64,000 bases of DNA from a virus. The stretch covers positions 1 through 64,000 of the IMG/VR virus record IMGVR_UViG_3300032214_001462, one strand, 5' to 3'. The translations under genes and the position numbers were made by a program. The notes beneath the pieces were generated by a model. It searched no databases, was not told where the DNA came from, and saw only the letters and a program-made list of their open reading frames with translations. Each line of letters begins with the position of its first letter. Positions within the stretch are counted from its first letter, which is position 1. Below, piece after piece: positions 43,718 through 53,189 of the stretch.

Positions 43718-44497
43718 TTGTCCTCCACCAGCTCGAACAAGCAGCCACTGTTAATTGATCGCCCGTTATTTGACTCTGTTCGAGTAACGACGCAGACGGT
43801 TGGTAGCGCTAGCGCAAGCACTATCTTTGTGCAAGGCGGACAAGCTCCATCAATCCTGGTGGACATGGACGCTGATTTAAGTGAAGACAACAATAGTGGT
43901 GGCATTGTAGATTCCATTACGATTACTCGTAACGATTTCTATCGTGCTGCTGACTACACGGTGAATAGCGGCACATCTGGAACCGTTATTTCTCTCACCA
44001 GTGGTCAAATTGTTTTTGTTCAGCAGCCAGGCGTTGTTTCTCCTACACCAGCAAACGGTTACGGTTATTACATCTACACAGGTGTTACAACACTGACAGG
44101 TGTTAATACTGCATTTAACTACAGCGGTGGCACTGCAACAGGCTTCCTCTACAACGGTTCTAATTACGGCACTCAACCAGCAGTGACCTTTGTGTTTTAC
44201 CACACCCGTGGCAAGACCGTACCTATTCCTGCATCTGGTGATTACCGCGTACTGTTCGCAAAAACAGTTCCAGCAAATAGTGGTACTGTCGATTGTTCCG
44301 ACTTGATGCCGCAACTTGCAGCACCTGTTGCACAAGCAGGTAATACAAATGGCTTAGGTCCTACTGCTCCGCTGCGTAATAAAGGCATCTACTTGGAGCG
44401 GGGCGACCGCATTTACGTTGGTGTATTCCCAGATGGTCCAAACGTCTCTGGCTATACACCAGGTGCTCACGTCATTGCACAAGGCGGCTTCTTCTAA
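43718..44497 (+). CDS. Structural protein (TTG start)
   Basis: NKQPLLIDRP...GIYLERGD...AQGGFF; beta-rich. Confidence 0.65.
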   Translation: MSSTSSNKQPLLIDRPLFDSVRVTTQTVGSASASTIFVQGGQAPSILVDMDADLSEDNNSGGIVDSITITRNDFYRAADYTVNSGTSGTVISLTSGQIVFVQQPGVVSPTPANGYGYYIYTGVTTLTGVNTAFNYSGGTATGFLYNGSNYGTQPAVTFVFYHTRGKTVPIPASGDYRVLFAKTVPANSGTVDCSDLMPQLAAPVAQAGNTNGLGPTAPLRNKGIYLERGDRIYVGVFPDGPNVSGYTPGAHVIAQGGFF

Positions 44498-44499
44498 AA

Positions 44500-46017
44500 A
44501 TGGCACCAAAAAGAGGAAGCTCTTTTGGTAATTTTGTTCAGTCGCCTGTAAATCCTCCTAATGGAGTGAAGCCAATCACGACTGAATTCTCTAAGGGTTC
44601 AGTACCTGATTCGATCTATTCTGCAAATAGAGAATCAGCCTGGTCCCGGTGGCGACGTGGTTACGAAATAGCAACAGCTACGTTTTACGACAACAGTTAC
44701 GAATATCCTTTTCAATATGAGCTTCCAGCTAATTTTGGAAGCGGTGATGGAATGCCAGTGGTTTCTGGTACTTTTGTTGGGTTTCCGACAAAGAATAAAG
44801 AGATGGGAATGCACTGGGCAGGCTGGCGTTTTGCCGGTGCAATGCGCAGTGATCAATTGGTAGATCCAATCACTTCCGAAAGACTTTATATTGAATCCGT
44901 AACAGAAGATAAAGATAATTGGTATGTAAAGCTTGCTGGATCCTGGAGCGAATCAAATCCATTGCCACCTTTGTTTTATGTGGAAGATCCGAACGTACCT
45001 GGTGGATTAACTCCGTTAAATTCTGAAATACTGGAAGATCGGGTTATCACACCTGGCGGTGAGATCATTGATAAAGATACGCTTAATCCAGAGACACAAA
45101 GAAGATATGGATACGTACAAGCTGTTCTCACTAACACAAATCAAACAACTGGCGTTTTAACTTTAATAAAAGCAGGCTCAATTCAAGTTACGCCTGACCA
45201 AGAGTATTTAACACCGTCACCAATAGGCTTTACACCAGGTCGTTATCTTATTACCGGCTCCAGGTTTTGCTGTTCTTGCCAGGACTTCACTCATCGTGAT
45301 TACGCATTTATGCGTGACATCTCGAAAGGCAATAGAAAAATATTCCCTAGGAATAAAGTCTCCTACATAAAACCAGGTCGTTTTGAGTTAACACGTCGTG
45401 ATGGCATATTAGATAACAATGCAATGACACCTGGGGATGTCAATAGAACTATGGAGGTTTATGCACCCCCTGGCTACCAACTTCCACCAAATACTGCTAA
45501 TAGTTTTGTAAAAGACAACATAGCAAGAGATAGCCCTGGCATCTATGCAGACTTTGGTGCAACTTATATTAGGAGCACAACCGACCCTGGAACGCTTGGA
45601 GCAAAAGCAGAAGGCATGCCCAAGTTTGGCGACTACTCTTCTAATCAAGGAGAGATTACAGCATTGACAGATAACTGGGAACCACTTCTTGATGAGTTGC
45701 GATACTGCAAACACATCTATGCACTTAAATTTGCAGATAATACATTCCCTCCTGAGCCTTCCGATTTCCCAGTTGGAAGAGATAGTATGGCTGATTGGGA
45801 GCAACGACTAGTAGATCAAACTGAAAATGAACAGCAATCACTTAAGGCAGCAAACTTAAATAGATTTTCTTTGTCCCAAATGGATGTGCCTCCATATAAC
45901 TGCCAGACACCAATGATGATGCCAATGATGCAAAAACTGTTTAATGTTCCAACTGATTTAATTCAGATGCAAGGTTTTACAATGTTTGACAAAGAAGGAA
46001 GACCTTACAAACCATAA
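44500..46017 (+). CDS. Protein with a split SWIM-like Zn finger
   Basis: CSCQDF...YCKHIYA separated by a long insertion. Confidence 0.6.
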   Translation: MAPKRGSSFGNFVQSPVNPPNGVKPITTEFSKGSVPDSIYSANRESAWSRWRRGYEIATATFYDNSYEYPFQYELPANFGSGDGMPVVSGTFVGFPTKNKEMGMHWAGWRFAGAMRSDQLVDPITSERLYIESVTEDKDNWYVKLAGSWSESNPLPPLFYVEDPNVPGGLTPLNSEILEDRVITPGGEIIDKDTLNPETQRRYGYVQAVLTNTNQTTGVLTLIKAGSIQVTPDQEYLTPSPIGFTPGRYLITGSRFCCSCQDFTHRDYAFMRDISKGNRKIFPRNKVSYIKPGRFELTRRDGILDNNAMTPGDVNRTMEVYAPPGYQLPPNTANSFVKDNIARDSPGIYADFGATYIRSTTDPGTLGAKAEGMPKFGDYSSNQGEITALTDNWEPLLDELRYCKHIYALKFADNTFPPEPSDFPVGRDSMADWEQRLVDQTENEQQSLKAANLNRFSLSQMDVPPYNCQTPMMMPMMQKLFNVPTDLIQMQGFTMFDKEGRPYKP

Positions 46018-46128
46018 CAATTACTGTATACTTATATTAAGTCTCACGAGACTTATTAAGCTTTCCTTTACCCCTTGCGAGCAGAACCCACCGTTGGATA
46101 TGGTGCGGTTACTTAGCTCATACCAAAC

Positions 46129-46551
46129 ATGAACCACCAACCGCCCCTGGATCAGCGGATTGTGGATGAGTATTTCCGCTTGGCATCTAGCAGAAAAACA
46201 AAAGACATTGCATGGCTTTATGCAATGGTAGCCACCTACGGCTTGACCCCAGAAGAATTGTCATCTTTCGAATGGAGTGCCGAATACTCCATTTCAGTCC
46301 CAACTAAAAAAAGAGCAGTGCGCCCACTACATCCACAGTGGGTATTTTTGTTTAGCCTAAAAGAAAAGCAGCCCCGCGACCTGCAGAGCTGCTATGTACC
46401 CCTTTGTTCACACCTTTATGAAGCAATGGCTTTTCAGAATGTTGAACTCAACATTACTGATTTAATCCTTGCTCATAAGCTCCGGAAAAAGCACTACAAG
46501 CAAATCAAGCAGCCATCGGAATCATGCCTTGTTTTTGCAGGTGCTTTTTAA
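46129..46551 (+). CDS. Truncated, catalytically dead tyrosine-recombinase-like protein
   Basis: WLYAMVATYGLTPEEL and PLHPQWV resemble cyanobacterial integrase W.YGM.ATYGLRP.E and P..PEWV. Confidence 0.6.
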   Translation: MNHQPPLDQRIVDEYFRLASSRKTKDIAWLYAMVATYGLTPEELSSFEWSAEYSISVPTKKRAVRPLHPQWVFLFSLKEKQPRDLQSCYVPLCSHLYEAMAFQNVELNITDLILAHKLRKKHYKQIKQPSESCLVFAGAF

Positions 46552-46723
46552 CAGCTGCTACATTCCACTTGTAGCTGTCCCTGGACATGGTCCCAGGAAA
46601 TGCCGCGAAATGGGGTCCAAGCTTTAAAGTGCCGTCATCACGGTACTTAAAGAGCGTTTTGCGTTCAATGCCAAGAAGTTCTTCTGCTTGCTGAGCAGAG
46701 ACCCAGCCTGGATGCTTAGCCAT
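46505..46723 (-). CDS. Excisionase/MerR-like HTH protein
   Basis: WVSAQQAEELLGIERKTLFKYRDDGTLKLGPHF. Confidence 0.7.
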   Translation of the reverse strand: MAKHPGWVSAQQAEELLGIERKTLFKYRDDGTLKLGPHFAAFPGTMSRDSYKWNVAAVKKHLQKQGMIPMAA

Positions 46724-46859
46724 TGGAGTGGCGTTGATTACTCATACAACCTAACGCGAGTCAAGGCCCTGTCAATAGGTTTAATAAAGTTTTTATCTCT
46801 TTACTATGATCTTGTAGATATGTGGGGAAATTAGAATAAATTAACGGCAATCGAAGAGT

Positions 46860-47198
46860 ATGTTTTGCAACGAGCACGAGCCTCTCGCCCTGCTAGTTGA
46901 ATTAACTCCAAAGCTTGCCAAGAAACGTTTTAGAGAAAGTATATATCAATCCTGGAACAATAAGTGTGGTTATTGTGGAGACAACGCAACAAGCCTTGAT
47001 CACATCATTCCACGCTTTAAGTCGGGCTCATCTAATCGACATAATCTAATCCCTTGTTGCAGGAGGTGCAACGCACATAAGGGATCAGAAGAAATGCGGA
47101 GTTGGTTTGAAAAACAACCCTTCTTTTCTTCTGAAAACCTTGATAGGATTGAAGCCTGGATAAAGCAAGAATCCTTTTTTATTTTTGGTGAGTGTTAA
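46860..47198 (+). CDS. HNH endonuclease (McrA-like)
   Basis: CGYCG...LDHIIP...NLIPCCRRCNAHKG. Confidence 0.9.
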   Translation: MFCNEHEPLALLVELTPKLAKKRFRESIYQSWNNKCGYCGDNATSLDHIIPRFKSGSSNRHNLIPCCRRCNAHKGSEEMRSWFEKQPFFSSENLDRIEAWIKQESFFIFGEC

Positions 47199-47204
47199 AG
47201 AAAA

Positions 47205-50200
47205 ATGGCATTTTGGAATCCTCAGCAAGGCTGGCAAACTTACAACCTACCCGCCAACTTTAGGGTTGATTTTACGCCCGCTGAATTTGCTGGTGAGTTT
47301 CCTGCTAACTTCCCAACAAACTTTAAAGTCAATTTTACTCCTGGCGAATTTGCATCTGAGTTCCCTGCAGACTTAGCGACCAATTTAAAAACAAATTTTG
47401 TAGCTAATGATTTTGTTGCTCAGTTTCCAGCGGATAAACCAGATAAGCAAGTCGTTTACGTAACTTTTACTGATAATGGTAATTCGGCAAGTATTAGCAA
47501 AGATAGCAGCCCTGGTTCAAAGGCAGTCACAATCAACGGTAACGCCCTTAATGCCGAACAAGCAATTGGCTCTGATACCTTTAAAAAATTAAAGGGATCC
47601 AACCCATTCATATTGCAGGGTATTTTTAATACAGTACAAAAGGCTGCAATTTCAAACCAGCAAGATATTGTTAAAAGATCAACAGAAGCAACTAAACAAA
47701 ATAATACAAACAAAAAAACAAACGAGGACAACAAAGCGCTGAATGATCAAAACATTCAGAAAAGACAAGATAAAGCAAATCAATTAAATACTGAGAACCA
47801 GCAAAAGAACGAAGAGAACCAATTTAAAAACCAAGAAGCAACAAAGTTACAACAGCAAAAAGTTGATGAATTAAATGCAGAAGGAAGAGAGTTAAATGAA
47901 AAGAATACTGCAATTAATAGGTGGAGTCAGAACACTGTCAATCGCTTATCCATAGCACAAGACGGCACTTATAAAAACAACGCAAATGCAATTGAGTCTG
48001 AAGAGCTAAGAGAGATTTTATCTCCAGAAGAATATTCAACTTATATCAATACTGCAAGTGATTCATTTGATGGTTTTTATACTGCAAAAGTAATTACCAA
48101 GTGGGACCCAAAAACACAAGGTGCTCAGCCACCTGTTGGTGGTTTTGATCCGACTTATTATCGGACACAAACGCAAGGTGGTACTATTGCAGATGAGCAA
48201 TGGAATGAAGCTTTAACAGCGGTCTCAATTAACGGTAGAGATAAACCAGATCTTGACATTGTAGGCAAATACGGAAATACAGATAACTATGCTTTCTTCT
48301 ATTACACAACACAGGGCAAAGCCGCAGGTGATCGAGGCAATGCAGCGCAAAGGGCTGGTATTGCAGAGGACTACAGCGAAGCCCTAACCGATGCCGATTT
48401 CCAGCTTTATAGAGATAAAGTCCTCGGTTTATCGGATCGCTTTGATGACCTTCAAGATTGGATCGACGCACAGGATCCGACAATCCTGGCAGAGTGGGTA
48501 AATAGCTTACCAGCGGATCAAAGGAGAGCTTTTAATGATGGAACTTTGCCCGTTCCAACCTTAGATAGCGTACCCGATCGTTTAAGAGGAAGAATTGTAC
48601 TTGAGAAAGAAAAAACAATTTTAGAAGGAGAACTTGGCGCTGTTATTAACGCAAAAGATAAGCAACAGCAGCAGACTTTTGGCTCTTTAACCAGTGATTC
48701 GCTTAAGCAAGCGGCAGCTGAATTACAACGCGTACAAGCAAGCCAAACTCAGTTTGATTTCCTCAGTGGTCTTGAAGGCTTTAACGAAGTATTTTCAATC
48801 AATGAAAGTATTTCTAATTCAATCCTTGGTGATTCGGGAATCGGCGGCGTTCTCGGATTTGTAGCAAATACTGAACGTACCTCAGAAGGCTTAGAAAAAT
48901 CCCTGGGAAACGTTACAGGCATTCCCAGTAGAAGCAATGCTGTTTATAACTGGCAGAAATGGTTCGATGATCAGCTATTAACACGTTACGGTGAAGGTGC
49001 TACTTTTCAAGATCCAACAGATCCCAACAACAAATTTACATTAGATGCGGAATTTGCTAAAGATTATATTGAGCGTTATTTAAAGCCGCGTTTTGATAAC
49101 TCAAAATCATTAACTGAGTTCATCAGCTATCTAGATGTAAAGCAAAACGAACAAAACATTTTCCAAACTCAAAGTGCATTGGATTCTTTGAGAGATATTG
49201 CAGACTTACGTGCACGTGCATTCCTTGATGGCGTTCGTGGACAAGATCCTTTAAACTTTGACACAAAGTTTTATTTTGATCCCACAGGCAACTTCTCGGC
49301 TGATGATCCTAAATTTGCAAGGTACGCAGAACAAAAATCTGAAGTCGCTAAAGATTGGGAAGACGCCAGAACAAGAGGGGATACTGTAAAAGTTGACGGG
49401 CTTACCTGGAACCAATGGGCATACTTTTACGGACTTGACGTAAATGATCCAGATCAATTTGCAAAGCTTAATTACCAAGTCAAAGGTGCAGCAAAAGGTT
49501 TTGACCCTGCAAAAGATTTGATTACATTAAAAGACGCAGAGGACTATATTCAGAACACAATTATTCCTGAAATTGCCAATGAAAAATTAAACATTGGCGA
49601 TATTAGTTTTTTAAACTTTGTCACACCTGAAGAGTTTGCCGACAATCTACTCGAAGGTATTGACCCAGAGAAACAAAAAGAAGAGTTCGATAAAGTACTT
49701 GAATCTCTGGGCTTAGGCGGTCAACAGTTAGGCATCGACGAAGTTAAGCAGTATATTGTTGAGGCATTTAGAACAGGTGCTGCAGAAAAGATCAGAGAAT
49801 CAATCAAGTTCTTAAATGAAAAAAAACTAAAACCTACACAAGAAAGGCTTGGCGTTGATTACATTGAACGACCAGAAGATTTCAAACCAACCTCATCTCC
49901 GAACGAGACAGAGCTCTATAAGATATTCAGAAACGCTGGTTATCAAGGTAGCGAGGATGAGTTCTTTGATTCTTTCTTAACAGATGTAGATAGAGGTGAA
50001 GTTCAGTTATTAACACAAGGTCAAAAGGGTTTACAGCTTGGCGGAGCCTTTGCTGGGCTAACAAGCAGAGATCCTTTTAAAGCCTTGTCTTCTATTGAAA
50101 CTCTATTTCCAGATGACAAGCCGACAGGATTAAGTAGTAGAAGAGAAGCTGCTGCGCCTAGTTATTTTAGTATATTTACAGACAACAATAGAGCAGAAGA

Positions 50201-50267
50201 CTTCAAGAGTGAAAGCGGCAAAAAGATACTTGGTGAATTCACTGCATTATTTAAAGGTGTTGACTAA
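47205..50267 (+). CDS. Large virion protein (1020 aa)
   Basis: Long ORF; N-terminal 20-aa repeats and a coiled coil. Confidence 0.7.
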   Translation: MAFWNPQQGWQTYNLPANFRVDFTPAEFAGEFPANFPTNFKVNFTPGEFASEFPADLATNLKTNFVANDFVAQFPADKPDKQVVYVTFTDNGNSASISKDSSPGSKAVTINGNALNAEQAIGSDTFKKLKGSNPFILQGIFNTVQKAAISNQQDIVKRSTEATKQNNTNKKTNEDNKALNDQNIQKRQDKANQLNTENQQKNEENQFKNQEATKLQQQKVDELNAEGRELNEKNTAINRWSQNTVNRLSIAQDGTYKNNANAIESEELREILSPEEYSTYINTASDSFDGFYTAKVITKWDPKTQGAQPPVGGFDPTYYRTQTQGGTIADEQWNEALTAVSINGRDKPDLDIVGKYGNTDNYAFFYYTTQGKAAGDRGNAAQRAGIAEDYSEALTDADFQLYRDKVLGLSDRFDDLQDWIDAQDPTILAEWVNSLPADQRRAFNDGTLPVPTLDSVPDRLRGRIVLEKEKTILEGELGAVINAKDKQQQQTFGSLTSDSLKQAAAELQRVQASQTQFDFLSGLEGFNEVFSINESISNSILGDSGIGGVLGFVANTERTSEGLEKSLGNVTGIPSRSNAVYNWQKWFDDQLLTRYGEGATFQDPTDPNNKFTLDAEFAKDYIERYLKPRFDNSKSLTEFISYLDVKQNEQNIFQTQSALDSLRDIADLRARAFLDGVRGQDPLNFDTKFYFDPTGNFSADDPKFARYAEQKSEVAKDWEDARTRGDTVKVDGLTWNQWAYFYGLDVNDPDQFAKLNYQVKGAAKGFDPAKDLITLKDAEDYIQNTIIPEIANEKLNIGDISFLNFVTPEEFADNLLEGIDPEKQKEEFDKVLESLGLGGQQLGIDEVKQYIVEAFRTGAAEKIRESIKFLNEKKLKPTQERLGVDYIERPEDFKPTSSPNETELYKIFRNAGYQGSEDEFFDSFLTDVDRGEVQLLTQGQKGLQLGGAFAGLTSRDPFKALSSIETLFPDDKPTGLSSRREAAAPSYFSIFTDNNRAEDFKSESGKKILGEFTALFKGVD

Positions 50268-50566
50268 TGTCTGATAAAAGAAAGAAAGCTGTAAAAGCAT
50301 CAAAGATTGCCAAGGACTCAATGCAATGCAATAAACCCCGCCGTACTCCCGGTCATCCAACAAAGAGCCATGTCGTGAAGGCTTGCGAAGGTGGTAAAGA
50401 AAAGATTATTCGTTTTGGCCAGCAAGGTGTAGAAGGTGCTGGTAAAAACCCAACAACAGCCAAGGACAAAGCACGCAAGAAGTCATACTACGCGCGACAC
50501 AATGCTCAAGATGCTAATCCTGACAAGATGTCGGCAAGATACTGGTCCCATAAAGTAAAATGGTAG
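50267..50566 (+). CDS. Basic conserved phage protein
   Basis: KIIRFGQQG...RKKSYYARH...SARYWS..KW. Confidence 0.75.
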   Translation: MSDKRKKAVKASKIAKDSMQCNKPRRTPGHPTKSHVVKACEGGKEKIIRFGQQGVEGAGKNPTTAKDKARKKSYYARHNAQDANPDKMSARYWSHKVKW

Positions 50567-50582
50567 ATAAAACCAAACAGTA

Positions 50583-50834
50583 ATGGAATTAGCCGGAAAG
50601 TACACAGATTTAAAAAAATGGTCCGAAACGCCAGAAGCAACTGGAGGCGAGTACCCAACGTTAAAACAAGAATTGAATCGGCAATTAAACATTTTAAAAA
50701 CATCGATTCCCGGATCAAAAGAAGCAGCACAAGCCATGATCACAATCAGTGAACTTCAAAACACAATTGCAATCGTTAAACAAAACACAAGTGCAATCCT
50801 TAAATCTGAAAACGGACTAAAAAATTATCTCTAA
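50583..50834 (+). CDS. Hypothetical protein
   Basis: ORF track. Confidence 0.5.
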   Translation: MELAGKYTDLKKWSETPEATGGEYPTLKQELNRQLNILKTSIPGSKEAAQAMITISELQNTIAIVKQNTSAILKSENGLKNYL

Positions 50835-50877
50835 GCCCGATAGGCTGCTAGACTGCGTGGGCTGATTTCTTACCAGA

Positions 50878-51000
50878 ATGGCAAAAACCAAAGCAACAGC
50901 TCTTCTAATCGAATCGAAGCCCAAAAAGACACGTCAAGGAGATGGCAAGCATTCACGTCCTAATCACGGACGCAAACTATCTCGCGGTCAAGGTAAGTAA
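50878..51000 (+). CDS. Small basic peptide (40 aa)
   Basis: Manual translation ...KPKKTRQGDGKHSRPNHGRKLSRGQGK. Confidence 0.65.
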   Translation: MAKTKATALLIESKPKKTRQGDGKHSRPNHGRKLSRGQGK

Positions 51001-51037
51001 TTTTTATGTATGATTGGGGGTAATAATATTTGCCCCC

Positions 51038-51703
51038 ATGTCAGATTTTTCTGCCGCAATCAATATCATTAGAAAATACGAAGGCTTTAGCGAAAAGGCA
51101 TACCCAGATCCTTGCACTGGAGGAGAACCTTATACGATCGGGTATGGCAGTCAATACTATCCAGACGGTGCGCCAGTACGTAAAGGACAGCTTTGCAGCA
51201 AACAAAAAGCATTGGAATATTTATTTCATGAAGTTAACGTCATTGATACTCAACTCGCAAAATTAAATCTGGGCATTGACCACTCTATGCACCAGGCACT
51301 GATCTCATTCATTCATTCGATTGGGTGGGAGCCGTTCCTTTACAGCAACATTGTTGATTGTTTGGAAAGAGAAGACTTTTGCAGTGCCACAGAAGAGATG
51401 GGACGCTGGATCTTTGATGAAGACCATAAAGCTATTGGTGGCCTCCTGGATCGCAGGCGGGAAGAGATCACCTTATTCTTGCTGGATGTTGACGCAAACC
51501 CTTGGTCTTCTACAGAAGTCCTTCTGAAGGCTTTCCGGAACTACACTGCAGCACCCCATCAGGTACGTGCAATCCGGGCACTGGAAGAAAACATCAATCC
51601 CTATGTTCTTTCCGAATTTGCAAACAGTTTTTTAATTGGCCAAGAAACATGGGATTCTTTTTGGGATAACGAAGCAGAGTGTTTGTTTGATAGCTACGAT
51701 TAG
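51038..51703 (+). CDS. Lysozyme (GH24/RrrD-like)
   Basis: YEGFSEKAYPD...YTIGYG...GLLDRRREE. Confidence 0.85.
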   Translation: MSDFSAAINIIRKYEGFSEKAYPDPCTGGEPYTIGYGSQYYPDGAPVRKGQLCSKQKALEYLFHEVNVIDTQLAKLNLGIDHSMHQALISFIHSIGWEPFLYSNIVDCLEREDFCSATEEMGRWIFDEDHKAIGGLLDRRREEITLFLLDVDANPWSSTEVLLKAFRNYTAAPHQVRAIRALEENINPYVLSEFANSFLIGQETWDSFWDNEAECLFDSYD

Positions 51704-51733
51704 AATAATTTCATCGAAAACATGCAAAGCGGA

Positions 51734-52021
51734 ATGGAACGATCTGTCGAACCAAGGGAATTTGAGCTCCCACTTGAGCTTCAGTTTTCTATGCGCAAAG
51801 CAGAGCTTGCAGCCAAAGAGCTAACATGGGACGAACTCTATTGTGCACTTCTTAACCTGTACCACCAGCGATTGATGGAGTGGTACGCAGTGAAAGCTTT
51901 GATGGAAGAGGAGAATGTTTCTATTGACTTTGATATGCCAACAGATTTGGAGCTAGCAGAACTCGCCGCCGCATGTGCATACGACGACGAGGATGAGGAA
52001 GACGATCTTCAGCCGTTCTGA
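51734..52021 (+). CDS. nblA: NblA-like phycobilisome degradation protein with acidic tail
   Basis: LPLELQFSMR...LTWDELYCALLNLYHQRLM matches the NblA pattern LSLEQQF..R...L..LY.Q. Confidence 0.65.
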   Translation: MERSVEPREFELPLELQFSMRKAELAAKELTWDELYCALLNLYHQRLMEWYAVKALMEEENVSIDFDMPTDLELAELAAACAYDDEDEEDDLQPF

Positions 52022-52104
52022 GCCTCGTCTAATTCAATAAGGCGGTTCAGATACCACTGTGCTTTCTTCAGTGATTCTGTGCCGCCTTTGTGGCGTTCAC
52101 GCCA
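52009..52104 (-). pseudogene. Displaced original 3' end of the DUF3310 gene
   Basis: Reads WRERHKGGTESLKKAQWYLNRLIELDEAQNG* without a start codon. Confidence 0.75.
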
Positions 52105-52135
52105 ATTTAAGCAGACCAAGTTTCCTTGGATACTG

Positions 52136-52633
52136 TTAGTACGTTTGAATCAGCCTCTTTAGGTACCATTCGCATTTTTGCAAGTCCTCTTTCGAGTTTC
52201 CTTTGAGATTACAACGCCAGAGGTACTTAATGCAATTTCCTTTGCAGTAACCACGAAATTCTTCGTTTGTTAAAGCTGCCTCAATAGCTTCAATGCACTC
52301 AATACTTCCATCTGCGTAGTGAGAAGGGCGATTGACAGCATCCCCCTGGATCACAGGAATTTGTTCTTTAGTGGCCCAGGGAACCGGGCACACGCCTCCA
52401 GGGCAATCACTGATTACTTCGTCAGTCACAGATAGATCTATCGGATCAAACCACGACGTTTTGCTGACAGCATCATCTCCTCCTCGTCCGGCTCTTCCAG
52501 TTCGATCACTAAGTTCTTCGGTCGCGGAGACGCTCCCATCGACAAGCCCTGCTCCATCGAAGGAATGTAACCCGTCGCTCCAAGTCGTGAGCCCTCGAGA
52601 TTCAGTGGATTCCGCTCCAGCCCTTGTTCGCAT
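52136..52633 (-). CDS. DUF3310 (SaV-like) protein (start uncertain)
   Basis: DAVNRPSHY...IECIEAI...GYCKGNCIKYLWR...EDLQKCEWYL. Confidence 0.8.
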   Translation of the reverse strand: MRTRAGAESTESRGLTTWSDGLHSFDGAGLVDGSVSATEELSDRTGRAGRGGDDAVSKTSWFDPIDLSVTDEVISDCPGGVCPVPWATKEQIPVIQGDAVNRPSHYADGSIECIEAIEAALTNEEFRGYCKGNCIKYLWRCNLKGNSKEDLQKCEWYLKRLIQTY

Positions 52634-52824
52634 GCAACTAAGCCTCTGTTATACAGGTCATATAAGGGTACATCATTTTCTTGATTTGCGAGAGGTTGAC
52701 CAAAGTCTTCCTCATCAAGACAACGACACTTAAGCTCATCTTGAACAAAGCTATCTAAGAAACCAGCTGCTGAGTGCATCACGTTTTTGATCGATTTACT
52801 ACTTCTACAATAATAAGATGGCAA
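52438..52824 (-). CDS. Hypothetical protein (start probably near 52780)
   Basis: ORF track. Confidence 0.5.
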   Translation of the reverse strand: MPSYYCRSSKSIKNVMHSAAGFLDSFVQDELKCRCLDEEDFGQPLANQENDVPLYDLYNRGLVACEQGLERNPLNLEGSRLGATGYIPSMEQGLSMGASPRPKNLVIELEEPDEEEMMLSAKRRGLIR

Positions 52825-53189
52825 ATATCTTTACACCTACATACGATCCAAGGCAAGATTCTGGTACTTCAGGAGCAGAAGTATCTGATCTAAACCCCGA
52901 ACAGGCGTACGACACTGACTTACGTCGTCTTAGTCAAGATGAAAGGGGTTCAGCGCAATCAGTTAATAATTTACAAAACCGTGTTGCTAAGTTTATGCGA
53001 GCGGCAAAGAGTGCTGGTGCCTACCAACAAAGGGCTGGCATCGATGAGCCAACAATTCGTGGAAAGACTCCACGCACTCAAGCTGTGATTGCAGGTACTG
53101 AACTACCATCAACTGGTGATTCCGGAGGGCGTACCGGTGCTGTTGGCTACGCCCGCAAACCAGGAGCTCAGTTCGGTAAAGGTTTCTAG
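52818..53189 (+). CDS. Hypothetical protein
   Basis: TACAAT at 52806; ORF track. Confidence 0.6.
   Translation: MANIFTPTYDPRQDSGTSGAEVSDLNPEQAYDTDLRRLSQDERGSAQSVNNLQNRVAKFMRAAKSAGAYQQRAGIDEPTIRGKTPRTQAVIAGTELPSTGDSGGRTGAVGYARKPGAQFGKGF

Noticed and set aside
46129-46551. Functional integrase indicating a temperate lifestyle
   Set aside because: Catalytic Arg, His and Tyr are missing and the protein is too short
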